Below are positions 56,910-64,000 of a stretch of 64,000 bases of DNA, piece after piece. A program made the translations under genes and the position numbers. The stretch covers positions 1-64,000 of the forward strand of contig LT635912.1 of NCBI GenBank assembly GCA_900128565.1, given 5' to 3'. Source of the DNA: Stramenopiles sp. TOSAG23-6. Its lineage: Eukaryota. Each line of letters opens with the position of its first letter. Position 1 is the first letter of the stretch. The notes under the pieces are model-generated. The model had not been told where the DNA came from. It searched no databases and worked only from the letters and a program-made list of their open reading frames with translations.

Positions 56910-57192
56910 GTTGTTGGGTATATTACAATTTGAAACAGTTTAATTATCAAATCAAACTGAAGATATATCTTATTTTCTTCAAAGATACTGATTTGAGATT
57001 GATTAGGCCTAATTCCGAGTGACACGATCGCCGAAGATCGACTGTTTCTGTTTTTTTTCGTTTTTCGTGTCGGTGTTTGTTTGCCGTTTGTTGGTTCGGG
57101 AAAATTTGAATTCAAATTTCAGCAAAAATTTCAACAACAAAACAACACAACACACAATAAAGAGTTTTGAATTTATCGTTTTAAAACTTACG

Positions 57193-59675
57193 ATGAGATT
57201 GATGAGACTTTTTATATATCATTTTGCATTCGTTCACACTGTTGCAGCAGAAGCATCTTTTGTGTTAAAAAGTTATGAATGCGTCGCTGGCTTCGATTGT
57301 ATGTATCAAAACAGTTGTGCTAATGATGAAGGAGTTTCTTGTCCCATTGGCCGGTTCTGTGGCAGACCCAGTTCTTTCCCCAATGGACTTTTTCAATGTG
57401 ATGGTGACCATAATCAAAGTTGTCCAGGTAGTGAATTCCCAGATGATAGGTGGAGAACTTCAAAGTGTGCCACGGGTGCATACTGCCCGACGACAGTAAC
57501 AAATCAAAAATGTGAAGCTGGATACTTTTGCCCAAGAGGGTCTGTCAAAAGAGTCAAGTGTTCAATAGGTTCAATATGTGGCGAAGCATCACACTTTCCA
57601 ATTGGATTTTTGCTGTTTGGTTTCGCAATACTTTTGTTTATTTTTTATATTTTATGCCGTCGCTTTTGTCTCACGACAAAAATTGGTCATACGATTTCAA
57701 ATGATGGTTGCGAAAACAAAAAAGAACTTCCAGTTTCTAAGAAACTGAAAATGCCATTTCCTCTTCAATTCGAATTTGATAATATATGCTGGAACTTTCG
57801 AGATAAGCCTATTCTTCGTGGTGTATCGGGTTCTGTCAAAGCAGGTGAAATGATTGCAATTATGGGTCCATCAGGAGCAGGTAAAAGTACACTAGTAAAT
57901 TGTCTAATGTCACGGTATACCCCCAGTACCGGAACAGTAACAATAAATGGATACAAAGATATTGAATTCTCTAGTATATGTGGAATAACTGGTTATGTCC
58001 CACAAGATGATATAATGTTGGCTAAATTAACAGTCAGGGAGAATTTAATGCATTCAGCAAATACTCGAATAAATTCTCAAGTAAAAGCAAATTACTCTTC
58101 AAAGGCTCGTGTTGATTCTGTACTCACCAGTCTAGGTCTAGAACATGTACAACATTGTATAGTTGGAGATACCCGTAAGCGTGGACTAAGCGGTGGTGAA
58201 AAAAAACGTGTATCGATTGGTCTTGAACTAGTGGCTAGTCCGTCTGCAATTTTTCTTGATGAGCCTACGACAGGGTTAGACTCATCCGCGGCTGAAGTTG
58301 TGATTAATCAATTAAAACTCTTTGCTAATGAAGGACACGCGGTTATAGTAATTTTACACCAACCACGTGCTAGTATATTCAAACAATTCGATAATATCCT
58401 TTGCTTAACATCTAGAGGCGAAACATTTTACTTTGGAAGTCCTCTTAAAGTTCGTGACTTTTTAAACCAAATACAAAATCCATGTCCATCGGGGAAAAAT
58501 CCAGCAGATCATTTAATTGACATTGCAACGAAAAAGGGTAAAGTATCAATGACATCTACCCCAACAAGTATTTCGGATAAATCTAAAACAATCTCAGAGA
58601 ATACAGTAAAATTTGAAGATCCAAGATTAAACATCAAAGGAAAATTAGCGAGTTGGGGAGCCCAGTTTTTATTCTACTGGAAACGTTCCTGTGTACAACA
58701 GCTACGAGATTCCATGGCACTGTATCTTTATTGTGGTCTTGTTTTCCTCATGGTTGCTTCTCTCTCAACTGGTTTTTCACCTTTTATCCAAGAAAATCTG
58801 GAGAGTGTTTACAAACCACCCCTCGGCAAATCATTGAGAGATTATTGTCCACCACACAATAAAGCATGTTCTGGCAGCATTAACGACGATGGATTAATAC
58901 AAATGATGTTTTTCTACTGTATGTCAATTGGATCAATTGGAATGCTTGCTGCATCTCGAACATTTTACAGAAGTGAAATGATAGTAATGAAAAGAGAATC
59001 AAATATTGGTCTATCCTCATCTGCTTGCATCATTGCAAAAGTTTTTGCTGATTTAAATGTAATTATATTACTATCATTGCTCGCATCAGGACTATGGCTT
59101 GCCATGGGTTATCCGGGTGGACCTGTTCGTTGGTTTGTTCTTACTTTTTCATTGTTGTTTACTTGCTACGGATGGGGATATTTTGTTTCACAAATTGTAT
59201 CCGATGATATGATTATGACAGTATGTATGGTGTACGTTTTCATACTAAATTTTGTACCTAAGATTCTTTTCATCCTAGTGTTTCTCTTTTGCTCACATTT
59301 TCTAAAAATAATTTTACTTTTCGAATGATTCCAGTTGTCATATTCTAATTTTACATTTTTTCTGACGTATAATTTAATTACAGCACTGCTCTTGGCTTAT
59401 CTGCTTTTAATGGTGTGAATCCAAAACTTGTGGATGTTCCTTGGCCGTGGAGAACCATCTGGGGCATGGGATATAGTAGGTGGATTTCCGAAGCCATATT
59501 TTCCACCTTTACAATGCATGATAGAAACAGTGGCTTACCTGTGCAATTTGCTGCATCGAGATTTGGCTATGATGTCTCCGACAATCAATTTATTCTTGAT
59601 ATTGTAGTTGTAGTGATACAAGGAACCTTATTGAGAATATTTACAGGATTTTTGATTGTTAAAAAGAATACATAA
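57193..59675 (+). CDS. ABCG half-transporter with Cys-rich N-terminus; exons 57193-59231 and 59384-59675
   Basis: GPSGAGKST, LSGGEKKR, FLDEPTTGLD, LHQPR; join VCMV-TALG. Confidence 0.92.
59232..59383 (+). other. Canonical GT-AG intron, 152 nt, with a degenerate family-derived 5' half
   Basis: GGT|GTACGTTTTCATACTAAATTTTGTACCTAAG...TTCTGAC...TTACAG|C; restores frame. Confidence 0.85.
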
Positions 59676-59795
59676 AAGATTTAGAAATAAAAACCATCAG
59701 AGATATTTTTTAAATGGCTTAATATTCAGAGCACTTCTTCAGAATGCAGGATTTTATTTGAGTAAAGTTGAACCGTTTATAAATGACCTAATCGT

Positions 59796-61023
59796 TCACG
59801 CATTTGCTGCTATTTTATCTGCTTCACCTACTATTATCGTTGATTCTGTCGATATTGCAAAATCTTCGGCCATATCCAAACTAGAACTTCTTTCTTCTTC
59901 TTTTGCTGCTTGTACTGTTGTTTCTGCTTCTTTCAATTTCAAATTTGCAACTGAAAAAACAAATGTTTCCTCTTCTTTCTTCCTCTGACAACGAAATTTC
60001 CAACGGACCTGATTTACATTTGTTTTATCTGGATCATTAGATGTCACTTCGTATCCTTCAAATGTTGGTATACCTCCTAACCATTTTTGCTTTTTTGTTT
60101 TTGGAAATCCACTTTGAATTACGCTATTTCGTGCAATTTCAGATATATCAGTTGTACTAAGGCACCATATCTGTCGAGCTATGGAATATTCTTCTAGTAG
60201 AGGTGCATCTGATAAATGAAATATCATAGGATCATCCGTGGATAAACTAACATTTAACCCTCGCTTGAAGAATTTATAAAAGGGTTGATCTTCGTATCTC
60301 ATGAATAGAACATTGTTTGATACTGGTGAAACTGCGAGCCCAATATTATCTAGATAGTAAAGATATTGCATAACTATATCATTTGCTAATCCAATTCCGT
60401 GATTAATTCCATTAGCCAATAAATAAGTAGTACAAAGATGATGTTTGGAACCACTTTCACCTGCATGTGGACGCAATGAAAAAGTATTCATTCCTTTAGA
60501 ACGCCTTAATGAATTCAATCGGCTAATATTTGCATAAAGGTAATATAATTGATAAGAATATGGAGGATTTTGTTCCGATGTCCAATCTTTTGGAGTTGTA
60601 ACCTTTCCATCAATTGTTGCAAGAGGGAGATCAAGTAAGCTTTCATCATCGACAGAGTCAAATCCTGAAACATCTTTTAGAAATTCTGAAAGCTCCGGAT
60701 ATTTTTTTGGTTTCTCAGTTGCATCAAAAAGAGGTTGAAATATATTATATATAACTTCTTGATATGATGTTACTTTTTTCAATTTGTGAAATATGCGGTA
60801 AATGTATTGTGAAAAAATATTTTTACTCGAAATATTTTGTTAGGTACAAATTTGGTATAGAAAAAAATTAAATTTAAATTTTGAAAACATATATTCTTGG
60901 AATTTGAATAAGCCATCGATTGTGTGGCTGCTGGACTAGCTTATTATTGAGAGCCCATTTTGCAAGTTTATCCCATGCATCAATGTTATCACCATAAATG
61001 GATAAACGATACTCTGCCCACGT
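59796..61023 (-). CDS. AMP deaminase, C-terminal part only; exons about 61023-60893 and 60801-59796
   Basis: AEYRLSIYG, WLIQIPR, FDSVDDES, LRPHAGESG, SLSTDDP; N-terminal half not present upstream. Confidence 0.88.
60802..60892 (-). other. AT-AT intron of the same family, 91 nt, phase 2
   Basis: AAT|ATATGTTTT...GTACCTAAC...CACAATACAT|T; restores QIPRIYRIF (an equivalent AT-AC register is possible here). Confidence 0.85.
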
Positions 61024-63491
61024 CCATTGATGCAGACATCCGGCGATATTGCTGCAATTGTTTTTCAAATTGATTACTTTGTGTGTGCGTATCATTCAAA
61101 GAGTGTGACATATTTATATCAAAATTATTTTTCATATATTGCGTCATTTCTTGTATTCCGCCAAGAGAACCACTACGCCCACGTCTTACAGGAGGCGATT
61201 TGACAAATTTTGACCCAGATGAAGATGCACGAGCTCGTTCAGGCCAAAGTGAGTGCAAATCAGGGTCTGACGGAGTTCTGCTCATGTTAAAACTATTTCT
61301 TTGCTGACGAACATTTCTACTATTATCTGGTGTTTGCCTCAAATAACCTCTTATTTGTGTAGGTGTTGTTGGTGAACCCAAAAAAGTTGAATTAGGATGT
61401 CGTGGGGGTGTTGACCCCAGAGGGGTTGGCAAATTTGATCCTAGTATCATTATAGGCGATTTTCTTGAGATATTAGTGTTAGGGGACGCATGTCCTATTT
61501 GTTGAAATTGCGGCGGCGTATTTATGGAACTGTTCAAACTTGTTGGCATGCTATTATCTGATGATGTGCTTAGTCTATGTACCCTGTCTGCAGTCATAGG
61601 AATACTATTATCTGATGACAAGCTTAGTCTATGCCTTTCAACGACTTGTCCGACAGTTAACGGTGCATTTGAATGTAATCTTTCTAATGAACTTGCAACA
61701 CTGTATTGAATAGGACTTGATGATGATGCAACCTGCATATTAGGATTCGATCTATTGCTTCCAGGTGATAAAGGGTGACAATTCCGAGGTATAGATAAAG
61801 GTAATGCAACAGACATTGGGGAACCAGCATCATTTTTTACATTGGTATATTGATTATGAGAACCAATACGTGATTGCTGTTGGGGTGACCAATTCTGTGC
61901 ACTTTGAGATGGATAGGTTCTTTGATGTTGAATCATATGAGGCATCATTGGCTGTCGTGGGGAGTAATGTGGACCTTCACTCATTGGAGAAGATATTGAA
62001 GGATGTTCCATCGACCGATCATTCTTATACATGACTTTCATTTGTCCCATATTTTGACGTCGTGCAGAGTGTTCCATACCAGTAGATGAAGACAATGCAC
62101 CTTGAGGTCCAGAATATTGTATATACTGCTGACGAGAATTCGAATAAATATTATTTGGATTGGGTTGAAATTCAGGTTCAACATATTTTTGTGGTTCAAT
62201 AGCAATATTATTCTGTTGGCCTCTTTGCTGTTGATAGTATCTATTCTGTACCATCATAGCAAATCCTGGTCCTAAATGGTCTGGAAGTGAATGTGGTCGG
62301 AAATGATCATGTATTTCGGAAAAATATTATTTTTAGTAAAAATTTGTTAGGTACAAAATTTGGTACAAAAAACAAATTCGAAATTCAATTTTGAAAACGT
62401 ACATTTGGTTGACTTGCTCGGTATAACTCTGGAGGAGATCTATAAGGAGAGTCTAATCGCAAAGGGTAGCGATACATGAGATTATGATTCCCACTATGTA
62501 TTACACTCTTAGTCTGTTGTTGTATATCTTGGGTATAATGAGTATCATGATAGTGTCTTGCTTGGTTTCGTACTCTTGGGATATTTGAACTCTGTTTTTC
62601 TACCTCTTGATTAGGGTTAGGGTTACGTTTCTTTCTCACGTCTTGGCCATCAGAAGCATCTTTCCCTTCCGGTCGATCAGCATAATTATTAATAATACAA
62701 TCAGTGACATTTGGTTGTCCAAGAATTGAACCTGAGAGATCAAATCCACAGTCTTTTGCATACATTACGCTAGCTTTTAATTCACCGAACGGTGTTCCAA
62801 TGGGAGAAAAAAAATATTTAGAAGTTTCCCGATTTGAGTTAAAGCTCAATGGCAGAGAACCATCATTGCTCACTGCATTTGCGCCAAATTCATAATTTAT
62901 ATGTGTTGTTGACAAATTGGACCGTTTCGTATTTCGCATCAGACCATATGCAGGTAGAACTCTAACAAAAGCAAATACCGATCGAAGAAATATTGCAATT
63001 CGCTTATAAACCTGTCTTAGTTGAGAGGTCATATCTCCATACTTTTTTAAACTTAAGTCTGCACCACCAGATGGATCAAAGTGTAAACTCCAACGCTCAA
63101 GTAATATACGTGACGAAGTTGTGTTATCATTGTGATTCTTGGCTTCTACAGAGGGTATTCCGACACCAGAAAAATGACCAGCACAAGCTCCACCCCCGCC
63201 CATCCAAAATATGTCACACTCTTTGAATGGTAAATATGGATCATGCTTCCATGGTTCTAGCTCTTTGCGCACAAAATCTATGTTTTCTATGTGCAAATTA
63301 AATGGCGGCCTCGTCTTCTTCTTTTGAGTCCTTTGAGGAGACTGAAAACGAACACGAGATTGTAACACAATCTCCGATATTTTGAACAAAGATTCAAGTA
63401 CAATACGTTCACACTTTCCTCGCTCATTCTTTTCCAAAGCATTACCTTGTGCAGATTGCCGGCGTTTAATTGCACTAGAAGGTGCAGACAT
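60989..63491 (-). CDS. ATG13: Autophagy protein 13 (HORMA domain plus Ser/Pro-rich disordered region); exons 63491-62403 and 62308-60989; C-terminus possibly truncated
   Basis: IVLQSR, FNL, LLERW, YKRIAIFLRSVFAFVRVLPAY, TPFGEL. Confidence 0.85.
62309..62402 (-). other. Non-canonical GT-AT intron, 94 nt, phase 0
   Basis: AAT|GTACGT...GTACCTAAC...AATATTTTTCCGAAATACAT|GAT; joins the two ATG13 ORFs in frame. Confidence 0.88.
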
Positions 63492-63744
63492 TATGAAAGT
63501 CCCACGTGGGTGGGAATGATTCCCGCTGTCCCCAAGAAATGCTTTTATAATATTTTATCAGTGAAATACTAATGTTGTCCGATTTCGAGATTGATTGTGT
63601 TTTGTCGAGAAGAACTTTCTTTTCACCAAAATGAAACTGTTTTTTCCTGTTCAACTGACGCAACATTTTTTCATAATTAATTAAACGTATATTTGTGACA
63701 GTGATACATTTTACAACAATAGTTGAAATTAAAAGCGACGATAG

Positions 63745-64000
63745 ATGGATTTGGCAGAAGAATATGAACAATGTGGTCTTGGTGCATATCAGCCATATTA
63801 CGACAAACTTTTACTTGAACACCCTAAAACTGTTGGCTCATCTGTGTCGTCGAAAGAACGTCGAGGTAAAACATATACTGGCTCTAAATTTGTGTATGGT
63901 GAAATACGATTTGACTCTTTTTCTCTGGCAATACATAAAGTTCGAATATATGGTGGATTGAAAACCCCCGGAGGAATTTTCTACGACCTTGGGTCGGGTA
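63745..64000 (+). CDS. DOT1-like class I SAM methyltransferase, 5' part, runs off the window (not in the ORF track)
   Basis: Manual translation MDLAEEYEQ...FVYGEI...GIFYDLGSG. Confidence 0.8.
   Translation, partial: MDLAEEYEQCGLGAYQPYYDKLLLEHPKTVGSSVSSKERRGKTYTGSKFVYGEIRFDSFSLAIHKVRIYGGLKTPGGIFYDLGSG

Noticed and set aside
1-62402. Family introns as U12-type AT-AC introns
   Set aside because: No RTATCCTT donor or TCCTTAAC branch site, and the AT-AC register is impossible in copies whose exon does not end in AT (15954, 25531, 37982, 47366) or gives AT-GC (219, 33937).
1-62402. Repeated element as a CRISPR array, terminator or Helitron
   Set aside because: Copies are dispersed inside eukaryotic coding sequence with no spacer structure, and lack the 5' TC and 3' CTRR Helitron ends.
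1-64000. Alternative genetic code or programmed frameshifting to explain split ORFs
   Set aside because: TAA, TAG and TGA all end genes normally, and every split except the ATG13/AMPD junction is explained by a family intron.

Overview
AT-rich, gene-dense eukaryotic nuclear DNA, probably from a heterotrophic protist such as a stramenopile (inferred from gene content, not proven). It uses the standard genetic code and holds about 29 protein-coding genes, including a CobW/ZNG1 GTPase, TMEM145/GPR180-like, bestrophin, DUF4116 protein, UBA1, SVOP-like MFS, URG1-type GTP cyclohydrolase II, ADAM-like protease, SMC1, PhyH dioxygenase, thioredoxin, two ABCG half-transporters, a truncated AMP deaminase, ATG13 and a DOT1-like methyltransferase. 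The main signal is the introns. All 19 introns I can find belong to one homologous family, mostly 91-107 nt, with consensus (A)T|GTAYGTTTT...TTTCGTACGAAATTTTGTACCTAAC...AATATTTTTCNCAATACAT|. Seventeen complete copies end in AT instead of AG (15 GT-AT, 2 AT-AT), one is cut by the window edge, and one degenerate copy ends in canonical CAG. Every copy lies in the host gene's sense orientation, and removal at these boundaries restores the reading frame, including conserved motifs of SMC1, GTP cyclohydrolase II, CobW and AMP deaminase. This points to an introner-like family and a splicing system in which AT is the usual acceptor. Splicing is inferred from frame restoration only; no RNA data were available.
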